Assembly: GCA_003022865.1 (NCBI GenBank)
Contig: PXSK01000041.1
Span: 48,475-112,474, forward strand
From: Halobacteriales archaeon SW_5_70_135
GTDB taxonomy: Archaea; Halobacteriota; Halobacteria; Halobacteriales; SW-7-71-33
Length of the DNA stretch: 64,000 nucleotides
Reading direction: 5' to 3'
Shown: piece by piece, positions 21,800-30,942 of the stretch
How the letters are laid out: the number at the start of each line of letters is the position of its first letter
How positions within the stretch are numbered: position 1 is the first letter of the stretch
Notes under the pieces: model-generated
Databases searched by the model: none
Told to the model about the DNA's origin: nothing
Seen by the model: the letters and a program-made list of their open reading frames with translations, nothing else
Translations under genes and position numbers: made by a program

Positions 21800-23322
21800 A
21801 GCGCCCGCTCGACCGTCCGCGCCACCGACCGCGCTCGCTCGGCCAGCCGCTCGGACACGTCGCCGTGCTCGACCGCCGCCGCGAGGTCGTCGTCGTCGAC
21901 GCGGCGCACCTCGCCGTTCGGCCGTCGCACGACGTCCACGTGGAGGTCGACGTACCGCACGGCCTCGGGGAACACCTCCACCGGCGTGCAGACGTTGACG
22001 TAGGTGCCCTTCCGCTCGCCGTCGGCCCCGCGGTAGGCGGTGGGGTACCACCACCGCCCCTCCCGCACCCGCGTCACCGCCACGTCGCCCGGTCGGCGCG
22101 GCGTCCCCAGCGCGTCGTACTCGCCGGACGAGGACAGCTCCCGCTCCAGCACCACCCGTCCCTCCGGGTCGCGCTCGGTCACCGTCGCCCGGCCGAGGTC
22201 GAGCAGCCGCCCGTCGGGCTTGCCGTGAGCGATCCGCACCGCCTCGCCCTCGTGCGGGCCGAACTGCCTGGTCGCCGCCGCGAACGGGAAGTCGAGGTCG
22301 TCCGTGTCTCTCTCGGTCGCGTCGGTCGCGTCGGCCGCGTCGGCCGCGTCGAGGCCGACGCTCCCGCGGACGGCCTCCACGAAGTCGACGGCGTCGCTCG
22401 CGCGCTCCGTGCTCGCCTTCAGCCGGTGGTGCCCCGCCATCGTCCCGGTGACTGCGCGGCGGTGCTCGTCCAGCGCGAACCGCGCCTCGCGGCCGAACCA
22501 GACCCACCGCGTCTCCCGGGGCGCCGACAGGCGCTCGGGGTCGCCGTCGCTGTCGTCACTACTCGCGGTCGCCCTCCCCGACAGGGTGGCGTCCATCGCC
22601 TCGGCGCGCTCGCTCGCCGCCGAGAGGGTGGTGTCCATCGCGCTCACGCCGACGTCCAGCGCCGGATACTGCCACGCGATCCCCCACCCGTCGGGGGCGG
22701 TCGCCGACAGCAGCTCCGTCGTCCGCAGCAGTTCCCGCTCGTCGTCGCTCGGCGTCGCCGCGCTCGCGCCCGACTCGCCGCGGACGAGTTCGACGACCGG
22801 CCCGCCCACTCGGACCGCCGTCCCCGCCTCGGGCCGGCGGTCGCTCCACGGCGCCGCCGTCTCGTGGACCTGCACGCGCAGCCGGTCGCTCGCCTCCACG
22901 TAGTCGTCGGCACGGTCGAACGGGAGGTACGCCTCCCGCTCGCCGAGGTCGAGCACCGCGCCGCCGCCGACGGTGCGGTCGACGGCCGCCTCGAAGGCCG
23001 CTCCCCGCGGCGCGGCGTCGCGGACGGCGAGTGTGTCCGCGGCGACCCCCGACAGCGCCGGCGTCAGGTGTGCCACCGCCTCGGGCTCGCCCGTGACCGC
23101 GACGCCGGTCCGGTCGGCGGCGTCCCCGACCCGTACCGCCGGCGGCGTGTCCGCGAACTCGCTCTCGTCGAACCGCCGGCGGACCGGCTCGGAGGGCCGC
23201 GTGACCGCGAACTCGTCGGCCTCGGCGGACGAGTCGACGACGCCCGACAGCAGTGCCGTCAGCGCCGTCGCGTATATCCCGCGACACCGCACCCGCACCG
23301 GCTCCCGGCCGTCGGCTGTCAT
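21796..23322 (-). CDS. DUF402-containing RNA-binding protein, FAU-1 / RNase E/G-like family
   Basis: ORF trimmed to the ATG at 23322 (MTADGREPVRVRCRGIYATALT). C-terminal DUF402-like segment RWWYPTAYRGADGERKGTYVNVCTPVEVFPEAVRYVDLHVDVV. Confidence 0.72.
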   Translation of the reverse strand: MTADGREPVRVRCRGIYATALTALLSGVVDSSAEADEFAVTRPSEPVRRRFDESEFADTPPAVRVGDAADRTGVAVTGEPEAVAHLTPALSGVAADTLAVRDAAPRGAAFEAAVDRTVGGGAVLDLGEREAYLPFDRADDYVEASDRLRVQVHETAAPWSDRRPEAGTAVRVGGPVVELVRGESGASAATPSDDERELLRTTELLSATAPDGWGIAWQYPALDVGVSAMDTTLSAASERAEAMDATLSGRATASSDDSDGDPERLSAPRETRWVWFGREARFALDEHRRAVTGTMAGHHRLKASTERASDAVDFVEAVRGSVGLDAADAADATDATERDTDDLDFPFAAATRQFGPHEGEAVRIAHGKPDGRLLDLGRATVTERDPEGRVVLERELSSSGEYDALGTPRRPGDVAVTRVREGRWWYPTAYRGADGERKGTYVNVCTPVEVFPEAVRYVDLHVDVVRRPNGEVRRVDDDDLAAAVEHGDVSERLAERARSVARTVERAL

Positions 23323-23542
23323 CGTCCGCCCCTCGTCGGCGGTCCAAAAGAGCGTGACGACACGCACTCACTCGGCTGGGTCGCCGGTGTTCTCGCTCTT
23401 TCGGTGTCGTCTCGACGAGGTCCTGCCCGCCTGCTTTCGGCTGCTACTGGTGCCCTCGATCCTCCTGTGGGGGCCCAGAGAGCCCTCGTCCACGCCAGGC
23501 AAGCTGCCGAGCCGGAGAGAGCGTTGCCCTCTCGCCGTCGTC

Positions 23543-23812
23543 GGGCCACCGGCCCGACTGCCAGGGAGACTCGGAGAGTCTTCCCGCTGCCCGACTATAT
23601 CGCCGGCGGCTCCGCATCACCGGAACCCGCAGGGTTCTAATTGGCCCGTCAGAGCTCCGCTCTGACGAACGTCATCAGAGTCGGAGACTCTGATCGGCTC
23701 ACGAGAGCGTCGCTCTCGTCGACGCCGGCTGCTCGAGGCACGCAGCGCTTCGCTCCCCCCAGTAGGAGTCGCGGTCGATACGTGTGAGGAGAGGGCGGCG
23801 CCACGCGCCGCC
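23543..23812 (+). repeat. Chain of at least 7 short GC-rich triloop hairpins in a 700-nt non-coding spacer
   Basis: Stems of 5-9 bp, mostly perfect 8-9 bp, with 3-nt loops: 23543-55, 23562-89, 23622-38, 23648-66 (gtcagagc-tcc-gctctgac), 23674-94 (atcagagtc-gga-gactctgat), 23701-19, 23794-812 (ggcggcgc-cac-gcgccgcc). Confidence 0.6.
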
Positions 23813-24025
23813 GAGCGAGGCGGTGTGATCGCCGAGCCGGCGAACGCCGCGCGCGCCGAGGGCTTCGGAAGTCGCCCCATCGGACCCGAGAGCGACCGGG
23901 TCCGAGCGCGCCGAGGGGTTCGGAGACCCATCCGGGATCGAGAGCACGGTCGGTGAGAGCGCGTCGAGAGAGACCGGTAAACGGGGAAAAGTCGTTAGTG
24001 AGCGGCGCTACGAGGTCGGGTAGAG

Positions 24026-25084
24026 ATGCAGCGGGACCCGGTCGAGCGAGCCGCGAGGAGCGAGCAAGACCTGTACGACGTGGCGACGTGGGAGCCACGG
24101 AGCGCCGTCGACCGCCTGGCGGCGCGGCTCTACGGGGCGATCCTGCCGACGGTGCGGGCGGTGCTAATCCTGGTGGCGGTGGTGCTGCTGGTCGTGCTGG
24201 TCGTCGGCGGCGTGCTGTCGGCGGTGCTGGAACCGGAGGTGGGAGCGCTGGTGGCGCTGTCGGCGGTGCCGGCGCTGCTGCTGGCGGCGTACGTCTGGCG
24301 GGCGGACGTCACCACCGAGGAGCCGCTCGGGCTGCTGGTGGCGACGTTCCTGCTCGGACTGCTGTTCGCCCCCTTCGCCGGCGTCGTCAACGACGCCCTC
24401 AGCGGCGCCGTCGGGGTCGACCTCGACTCGACGCTGCTGGCGGTCCCCTTCTTCTTTCTGGTCGTCGGTCCGGGCGAGGAAGTCGTCAAGCTCGCCGCGG
24501 TGCGGCTGTATGCCTACCGTGACCCGCGGTTCGACGCCGTCGTCGACGGGGCGGTGTACGGTGCCGTCGCCGGGCTGGGCTTCGCGACCGTCGAGAACGC
24601 CCTCTACATCAGCCAGCAGCTGGCGGCCAACGGCGACGGCGCCGCCGTCGGGGTCACCGCCGTCCGAGCACTGGCGGGGCCGGGCCACGTCATCTACTCC
24701 GGCATCGCCGGCTACTACCTCGGGCTGGCGAAGTTCAACCCCGACGACGCCGGCCCACTCGTCGTGAAGGGGCTGCTCGTCGCCGCCGTCGTCCACGCGC
24801 TGTATAATTCCCTGGCCGGGATCGCCCCGTCGCTGCTGGCGGTCTCGACTGGTGTCCCGCTCGTCGTCGGCTTCGTCGGCTTCGTCGTCGTCTACGACTC
24901 GCTCGCGGGCTACTACCTCTACCGCAAGCTGGAGCGTTACCGGCGGACCTACCACGACGTCGGCGCCGGTGGCACGCCCGACCCCACGCCCGAGGTGACC
25001 GAGTTCGACGACAGCTTCGGCCACGGCGGGGGCGCGCCCCGCTCCGGTCCCGGGTCCGAGCCCGAGACCGAGCCCGGGAAGTGA
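24026..25084 (+). CDS. PrsW-family intramembrane glutamic-type protease
   Basis: 352 aa, polytopic. Motifs GPGEEVVKLAAV, GLGFATVENALY and HVIYSGIAGY...HALYNS. Confidence 0.8.
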   Translation: MQRDPVERAARSEQDLYDVATWEPRSAVDRLAARLYGAILPTVRAVLILVAVVLLVVLVVGGVLSAVLEPEVGALVALSAVPALLLAAYVWRADVTTEEPLGLLVATFLLGLLFAPFAGVVNDALSGAVGVDLDSTLLAVPFFFLVVGPGEEVVKLAAVRLYAYRDPRFDAVVDGAVYGAVAGLGFATVENALYISQQLAANGDGAAVGVTAVRALAGPGHVIYSGIAGYYLGLAKFNPDDAGPLVVKGLLVAAVVHALYNSLAGIAPSLLAVSTGVPLVVGFVGFVVVYDSLAGYYLYRKLERYRRTYHDVGAGGTPDPTPEVTEFDDSFGHGGGAPRSGPGSEPETEPGK

Positions 25085-25099
25085 CCTCGACGGCGACCG

Positions 25100-25747
25100 C
25101 TACCGCGACTGCCGGTCGACCAGCGACTCGACGTACTTCGCGACGACGTCGACCTCCAGGTGGACGGGGTCGCCGGGAGCCTTCCCCGACAGCGTGGTGC
25201 GGCGGTACGTCTCGGGGACGATCGCCACCTCGAACTCCTCGTCGCGGACGGCGGCGACGGTGAGGCTGATGCCGTCGACGGCGATCGACCCCTTCTCGAC
25301 GACGTAGTCCGCGAGGTTGGCCGGCAGCGAGACGGTAAACCGCCAGTCGTCGCCGACCCCGTCGACGGCGACCGTGCGGGCGGTGCCGTCGACGTGTCCC
25401 TGCACGAAGTGTCCGTCCAGCCGGTCGTCCGCCCGCAGCGACCGCTCGACGTTGACGCGGTCGCCGGCGCCGAGTCGGTCGAGATACGTCCGCTCGACGG
25501 TCTCCCGTGCGAGGAAGACCTCGAACCACCGCTGCCCCCCGAGGTCGTCGGGGTCGAGCCCGCCGACCGATGGCGGGTCGCCGTCGAACCGGCCGTGTGC
25601 CTCGACGGTGAGACAGACGCCGTTCACCGCGATCGACTGTCCCCCCTCCAGGTCGGTGACGTCGGCGGCGATCCGTAGCCTGCGGCCCTCCTCGTCGGCG
25701 TCGACGTCGGTCACGACGCCGGTTCCCTCGACGATGCCGGTGAACAT
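25100..25747 (-). CDS. ribE: Riboflavin synthase, bacterial/eukaryotic alpha-chain type
   Basis: MFTGIVEGTGVV...SIAVNGVCLTV...GHFVQGHVDGTA...GSIAVDGISLTV: two lumazine-binding repeats. 215 aa. Confidence 0.9.
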   Translation of the reverse strand: MFTGIVEGTGVVTDVDADEEGRRLRIAADVTDLEGGQSIAVNGVCLTVEAHGRFDGDPPSVGGLDPDDLGGQRWFEVFLARETVERTYLDRLGAGDRVNVERSLRADDRLDGHFVQGHVDGTARTVAVDGVGDDWRFTVSLPANLADYVVEKGSIAVDGISLTVAAVRDEEFEVAIVPETYRRTTLSGKAPGDPVHLEVDVVAKYVESLVDRQSR

Positions 25748-25819
25748 ACCACCGCTGGGGCCCGACGTCTCGAAAGCGTTGTGGATGTCAGTTCTGAAAC
25801 GGGCCGGTCGGCGACCGGC

Positions 25820-27730
25820 TCAGGGCTGTGGCTCCGGCTCGGCCTCGGCTTCGGCCTCTTCCTCGGTCTCAGTCCCGGTCTCGGCCTCGGCCTCCGTGTG
25901 GCCCTCGGGGGGCTCTCGTGCGGCCTCGACGAGCTCCTCGGTGGGCGTCTCCTGGGGGCTGTCGTGCAACAGCACGTCGATCGGGAGTGTGGGCGCGCCG
26001 CCGACGAGGTTCTCGAGGACGACGAGTCGCTGCCGGGCGCGGGACATGCCGACGTAGAAGACGCGACGCTCGTTGTCGGTGAGCGTCGGCACGGGTGAGG
26101 TCGTCTTCGTGAACTCGTCGACGCCCTCGACGTCCGTCGGGTCGGGGACGGTGGCGGCCATCTGCTCGACGACCTTCTCGGTGAGGTCGGTGGCGACGTA
26201 GACGTGGTCGGCCTCGCGACCCTTCGCGGAGTGGATCGTCCCCACGCGGACTCGCGAGGAGTCCATGCCGGCGTACTGCCCCGACGCGAAGTACGCCTTC
26301 ATCGACTTCGTCTGGAACTTCGTCGCCTTCCGGACCATCTCCGAGGCGGCCGCGGGGTCGGGCACGAAGGGGGCGTGTTCCTCGACGAACTCCGGCTCGA
26401 CGTGCAGTTCGGTGAGGTCCTCGACGCCGGCCTCCTCCTGACGGTCGTCGACGGCGTCGAACAGCGCGTCGCGGTCGTTGGCGCCGAAGGCGGTGGCGTC
26501 GAGCATGTCCGCCAGGCGACGCGCCTGCAGACCGGTCAGCGGCTCCCCCTCGTGGATCGCCTCGATCCCGCGGACGAAGTCGGTCAGACGGTCGGTCCAC
26601 AGCCGCTGGTCGGTCATCGCGCGGAACGGCATCCCCTCGGTGATGAACTCGTCGACGAACCGGAACATCTGGTAGCGCGCCCGGAACAGCACCATCACCG
26701 TCTCGCTCGTGCCCTTTACCGTCCGTCGCACGTCCCGGGCGAGGTCGAGCATCGACGGGTGTGACATCGACTCGACGGCGCCACCCTCCGTGCGCGGGGA
26801 GAGGTTCTTCTCCTGGCGCTGGTCGATGTGACCCACCTCGTGCTGGACGGTGTTGAGAATGCGCGAGGGCAGTCGGTGGGAGGTGTCGAGAATGACGTCC
26901 TCGCCGCCCTCGTTCAACAGCAGTTGCGGGTCCGCTCCCTGCCAGGCGTACACCACCTGGTCGTCGTCGCCGGCGATCAGGATGCGGTCCATGTGGGGTT
27001 TCCACTCCTCGTAGACGTCGTACTGCAGCGTGGTGATGTCTTGGAACTCGTCGATGACGAGGTAGTCGACGTCCGGCAGCAGCGACCCCTGTTTCACCCG
27101 CTCCAGCATGTCCGCGAAGCCGACGAGGTCGTTCTCGCCCTTGTAGCGGCGCCACGCCCGGATCGCCTCCGGCACGTCGACGCGGTCGTCGTCGCTGGGC
27201 CAGGTCGGAGTGTACTTGTTGCCGTCCTGGGCGCGGTCGTCGATCGCCGGCGGCAGCCGGACGGTCTTGTCGTTCCACTTGAACGGGACGTCGTACCAGT
27301 CGGCGACCTCGCGGTCGGTACGCTGGAGCCACTGGCTCGTGGCGATCGTCTTGTTGCCGAGCGTCGTCGACCGCGCCGTCCGGCGGGCGGCGCCGGAGTA
27401 CTCGTCCTCGAACTCCAGGCCGTACTCCTCACAGAACTCCTTCTTCTCGTCCTCGCCGACGACGTCGCCACGAGAGAGGTCGAGCAGCTCGTACGCCTTC
27501 GCGTGCATCGTGCAGACGTTACCCTGCAGCGCCCGAGGGTTCTCGTCGAGTCGCTCGGCGAGGCGCTCGCGGATCTCCGCCGCGGCGGCCCGCGTGTACG
27601 ACACCACCAGCACGTCACGGACGTCGACGCCCTCGTCGAGCAGCCCCTCGACGCGGTCGAGCAGTGCCGTCGTTTTCCCACTCCCCGGCCCGCCGAACAG
27701 GCGGATCACCTGTGGGCTCTCGCTGTCCAT
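25820..27730 (-). CDS. UvrD/Rep-family (SF1) DNA helicase
   Basis: 636 aa. Walker A LFGGPGSGKTT, motif II VIDEFQDIT, AGDDDQVVYAWQGA, C-terminal VGTIHSAKGREADHV and FYVGMSRARQRL. Acidic E/A-rich tail. Confidence 0.85.
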   Translation of the reverse strand: MDSESPQVIRLFGGPGSGKTTALLDRVEGLLDEGVDVRDVLVVSYTRAAAAEIRERLAERLDENPRALQGNVCTMHAKAYELLDLSRGDVVGEDEKKEFCEEYGLEFEDEYSGAARRTARSTTLGNKTIATSQWLQRTDREVADWYDVPFKWNDKTVRLPPAIDDRAQDGNKYTPTWPSDDDRVDVPEAIRAWRRYKGENDLVGFADMLERVKQGSLLPDVDYLVIDEFQDITTLQYDVYEEWKPHMDRILIAGDDDQVVYAWQGADPQLLLNEGGEDVILDTSHRLPSRILNTVQHEVGHIDQRQEKNLSPRTEGGAVESMSHPSMLDLARDVRRTVKGTSETVMVLFRARYQMFRFVDEFITEGMPFRAMTDQRLWTDRLTDFVRGIEAIHEGEPLTGLQARRLADMLDATAFGANDRDALFDAVDDRQEEAGVEDLTELHVEPEFVEEHAPFVPDPAAASEMVRKATKFQTKSMKAYFASGQYAGMDSSRVRVGTIHSAKGREADHVYVATDLTEKVVEQMAATVPDPTDVEGVDEFTKTTSPVPTLTDNERRVFYVGMSRARQRLVVLENLVGGAPTLPIDVLLHDSPQETPTEELVEAAREPPEGHTEAEAETGTETEEEAEAEAEPEPQP

Positions 27731-27821
27731 CGTACACGTTCAGGCGATCGTCGCCTAAAAACGACTCGGAATATACTTACGGTCACGACCGAGGGAGAAG
27801 ACCGGTACCGCGGCGGTGCTC

Positions 27822-27980
27822 TCAGTTGTTGCGTGGTGACCTCGCCTCGCGTACCTCGCTACCGTCGCGGATCTTGTCCTTGCAGTCCGGACAGACCCGC
27901 GGGTTGTCGATCCCACGCGGCGTGAACACTCGTGCGTACGCCTCCGTCACGAACGCCCCACAGTTCTGACACTCCGGCAT
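27822..27980 (-). CDS. Small zinc-finger protein (CxxC...CPDC)
   Basis: ORF trimmed to the ATG at 27980: MPECQNCGAFVTEAYARVFTPRGIDNPRVCPDCKDKIRDGSEVREARSPRNN. 52 aa. Confidence 0.6.
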   Translation of the reverse strand: MPECQNCGAFVTEAYARVFTPRGIDNPRVCPDCKDKIRDGSEVREARSPRNN

Positions 27981-28198
27981 TGTTGGTCCGTGCGAGGTTG
28001 AGACACCCCATGCTATAATACTGTCGTTACACACGCGCCCTGGCCTGATTCTGCCGGCTTCGTGCCGACGGAACGCGGCCGGCGGAGCACCGGTCGGTGG
28101 CGCTGAATTTTCAGTTGCTTTCTGACAGAAGACTGCCGGCGCGGATGTGCGGTACCGTCACCGGTACGGGAGTCGTCGGGCGTCCCGGCGCGACGGCG

Positions 28199-28378
28199 TC
28201 ACTCGGGCGTCCACCCGCAGACGGAGCAGGCCGTCGCCGATGGCTCGTGGACGCCGCCACACTCCGGACACTGCTTCTTGTTGTAGCTCTCCTCCCAACG
28301 TGCCGACTCCGACAGGTCGCGCCGCGTCATGAACCGGTCGATGGCCTCCTCGTCGGCGTCGCCGGAAGTAGACGACAT
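28199..28378 (-). CDS. Small zinc-ribbon protein (CPECG...CSVCG)
   Basis: C-terminal 59 codons of ORF 28199..28669, from the ATG at 28378: MSSTSGDADEEAIDRFMTRRDLSESARWEESYNKKQCPECGGVHEPSATACSVCGWTPE. A TATA-like TTTATATT lies 20-32 nt upstream. Confidence 0.6.
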   Translation of the reverse strand: MSSTSGDADEEAIDRFMTRRDLSESARWEESYNKKQCPECGGVHEPSATACSVCGWTPE

Positions 28379-28487
28379 GGCCGCGCTACGGTGCAGACCA
28401 ATATAAACCCTCGGGTCGCGGTGACACACCTCACACGACCGGCCGCGAGGGCGGCGACTCCGCCCCGACGGGAGCGGACGACGGCAG

Positions 28488-28853
28488 TCAGAAGGGGGCG
28501 TCCTCCCCGTCGGCCGACGCCGTCGTCCGGTCGGCGCCGGACTCGACGGGGCCGTCCCACGCCCGGAGCCCGTCGTCGAGGTTGTAGACGGTCGCCCCGT
28601 CGGGGACGCCCTCGTACGCCTCGAGCAGTCGCGCCGCACGCAGCGAACTCTCGCCTTTCGGGCAGACACAGACGATCTCCGCCTCCCAGTCCACCTCGTC
28701 GACGCGCTCGGGCAACTCCGGCAGCGGCAGGTTCACCGCGCCCGGTACGTGGGCCTCGTGGTACGCCCACGCCCGCCGGACGTCGACGACCTGTGACGGC
28801 TCTCCGCCCTCGATGCGTGCCCGTAGGTCCGCGACCGACATCGACTCGACCAT
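28488..28853 (-). CDS. Single-domain rhodanese (sulfurtransferase)
   Basis: 121 aa. VVDVRRAWAYHEAHVPGAVNLP... with the active-site loop VCVCPKGESSLRAARLL. Confidence 0.85.
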   Translation of the reverse strand: MVESMSVADLRARIEGGEPSQVVDVRRAWAYHEAHVPGAVNLPLPELPERVDEVDWEAEIVCVCPKGESSLRAARLLEAYEGVPDGATVYNLDDGLRAWDGPVESGADRTTASADGEDAPF

Positions 28854-28930
28854 CGCCGGCGGCTACGCGGCGGACCGTCGAAAGCGCTTCGCCCGGGAGA
28901 GTTACGTGGCCGCGGCGCCGAGTGCCGTCC

Positions 28931-29809
28931 GTGACGGCAGACGGAGAGGGACCGGAAGCGGGGACGCCGGCCGCCGGCGGCCGCCCCGACGACGCCCGTG
29001 ACCGTGCCAGCCTCGACCCGACCGCCCTCGATCGCTACTCGCGACAGGTCGTCCTCCGCGAGGTCGGCAGCGAGGGCCAGCGACGCCTGCGCGGAGCCGC
29101 GGTGCTCGTCGTCGGCGCCGGCGGACTCGGCGCGCCGGCGATCGGGTACCTCGCCGGCGCCGGCGTCGGCACCCTGACCGTCGCCGACGGCGACGACGTC
29201 GAGCGGTCGAACCTCCACCGCCAGCCGGTCCACGGCGAGGACGACGTCGGCCGCCCCAAGACGGACAGCGCCCGCGAGTTCGTCGCCGGCCTGAACCCGG
29301 ACGTCGACGTGTACACCCACGGCGTCGTCGACCCGGAGACCGCCCGGGACCTCGTCGCCGCTCACGACCTGGTACTCGACTGTGCCGACTCCTTCCGCGC
29401 TCGCTATCTGATGAACGACGCCTGCGTGCTCGCCGGCGTGCCGCTCGTCGGCGGCGCCGTCCACCGCTTCGAGGGCCGACTCGTCGGCGTCGACGCCGGC
29501 GGCGACCCGTGTTACCGCTGTGTGTTCCCCGAGGCGCCCGAGCCGGACACCGTACCCTCCTGTGCGGAGGTCGGCGTGCTCGGCCCCGTTCCGGGCGTCG
29601 TCGGAGCGACGCAGGCGGCGGAGGCGCTCAAGCGCCTGCTCGGCGTCGGCGACCCGCTCTCGGGCCGGCTCGTCGTTCACGACGCTCTCGGGAGCGAGGT
29701 CGAGACGGTGCCGTTCCCCTCCCGGGCGGACTGTCCGGTCTGTGGCGAGGCGCCGATCGAGTCGCTCGCGGCCGTGACCTACGAGGGGACCTGCGTCGTC
29801 GGCGACTGA
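28931..29809 (+). CDS. ubaA: E1-like SAMP-activating enzyme (ThiF/MoeB/HesA family)
   Basis: Only the C-terminal part of ORF 28097..29809 looks coding. GTG at 28931. LDRYSRQVVLREVGSEGQRRLRGAAVLVVGAGGLGAPAIGYLAGAGVG...ERSNLHRQ...; zinc pairs CYRC and CPVCG. About 292 aa. Confidence 0.85.
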   Translation: MTADGEGPEAGTPAAGGRPDDARDRASLDPTALDRYSRQVVLREVGSEGQRRLRGAAVLVVGAGGLGAPAIGYLAGAGVGTLTVADGDDVERSNLHRQPVHGEDDVGRPKTDSAREFVAGLNPDVDVYTHGVVDPETARDLVAAHDLVLDCADSFRARYLMNDACVLAGVPLVGGAVHRFEGRLVGVDAGGDPCYRCVFPEAPEPDTVPSCAEVGVLGPVPGVVGATQAAEALKRLLGVGDPLSGRLVVHDALGSEVETVPFPSRADCPVCGEAPIESLAAVTYEGTCVVGD

Positions 29810-29820
29810 CCCGTCCGGGG

Positions 29821-30828
29821 TCAGTCGGCGTCGGCCCGCGGCGTGAGCGCGTCGACGGGCGCGACGGCCGTCTCGGGCGGCCGCTCGAACCGCCCGGGGT
29901 ACAGCACCCAGGCGAGATACTCCAGGGTGTCGACGAGTCGCGGCCCCGGACAGTTGCAGTAGTCGTGGCCGTCCATCACGTAGACACGGTCCGTCCGTAC
30001 CGCGGCGAGTTCGTCCCAGCCCGGCCGCTCGACGAGGTCGTCGACGTTCTCGCGGGTCTGCTCGACCGGGAACCCGCAGGGTGCGGCCACGAGGTACTCC
30101 GGGTCGTACCCGCGGACGTCCGCCCACTCGTGGACCGCCGAGGCCGACCCCCGTGCCGAGAGACCGTACGCGCCGCCGAGGAACTCGACCATCCCCGGTA
30201 TCCAGTGCCCGGCCACCATCGGCGGCGCCGTCCAGTCGAGCACCGTCACACGGGGGCGCTCGACCGCCCCGTTCTCGTCCTCGTCCCCGTCGGCGCCGAC
30301 CGCCGCCGGTCGAACGCCCAGGTCGCCGGCGGCGGCGGCCGGGGGCGTGGCCGGCACCCGGTCGGCCACCGAGCGGACCCGCTCGCGCAGGTCGTCGACG
30401 AGCGCCTCCGCCTCCCGCTGGCGGTCGAGCGCCCGCCCGACGCGCTCGACGTCGTCGAGCACGTCCGCCAGGCTGTGCGGGTCCGTCGTCAGTATCTCGC
30501 AGTCGAGGTCGGCCCGCTCGACGGCCTCCTCGACGAGCACGCTGTCGACGGCACACACCTCACAGACGCCCTGGGTGACGATCAGGTCCGGCTCCAGGCG
30601 GGCGAGCGTCTCGACGTCGACCTCGTAGACGCCGCCGCCGCGCTCGGCCTCGACGACCTGGCGGTTTATCTCCGTCGTCGACGCCTCGGGGTCGACGCGA
30701 GAGCGGTTGACCGACGGCAACTCGGTCGCGCGGGGCGGGTGGTCACACTCGTGAGAGACCCCGACCGGGTCGATCCCGAGCGCACAGACGATCTCCGTCG
30801 CCGACGGCAGCAGCGTGACGACGCGCAC
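29821..30828 (-). CDS. Cytoplasmic BtuF-like (class III periplasmic-binding-protein fold) cobalamin/siderophore-binding family protein
   Basis: 335 aa, GTG start, no signal peptide. MRVVTLLPSATEIVCALGIDPVGVSHECDHPP...LEPDLIVTQGVCEVCAV... Confidence 0.7.
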   Translation of the reverse strand: MRVVTLLPSATEIVCALGIDPVGVSHECDHPPRATELPSVNRSRVDPEASTTEINRQVVEAERGGGVYEVDVETLARLEPDLIVTQGVCEVCAVDSVLVEEAVERADLDCEILTTDPHSLADVLDDVERVGRALDRQREAEALVDDLRERVRSVADRVPATPPAAAAGDLGVRPAAVGADGDEDENGAVERPRVTVLDWTAPPMVAGHWIPGMVEFLGGAYGLSARGSASAVHEWADVRGYDPEYLVAAPCGFPVEQTRENVDDLVERPGWDELAAVRTDRVYVMDGHDYCNCPGPRLVDTLEYLAWVLYPGRFERPPETAVAPVDALTPRADAD

Positions 30829-30942
30829 TGTTGATCGATCCGGACGTGTGCACGGAGGCTGATAAATCGTCGCTCCGCTCCTCGCCGCCGGCTCTCGTCG
30901 GCGGAGGGTCGGGAGCCGGCGTCACGGGACGGGCTCGTGTCC

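Noticed and set aside
23380-23620. The GC-rich non-coding stretch as SRP (7S) RNA or RNase P RNA.
   Set aside because: I could not find the conserved helix-8 (..GGAAG..AGCA..) or RNase P (GAGGAAAGTCC, ACAGAA..GGCTTA) signatures on either strand. It is kept only as an unclassified structured region.
28035-28110. tRNA-like segment with complementary ends (gcgcc...ggcgc).
   Set aside because: It has no D-arm or T-arm consensus (no GGTTCRAATCC) and no cloverleaf could be drawn.
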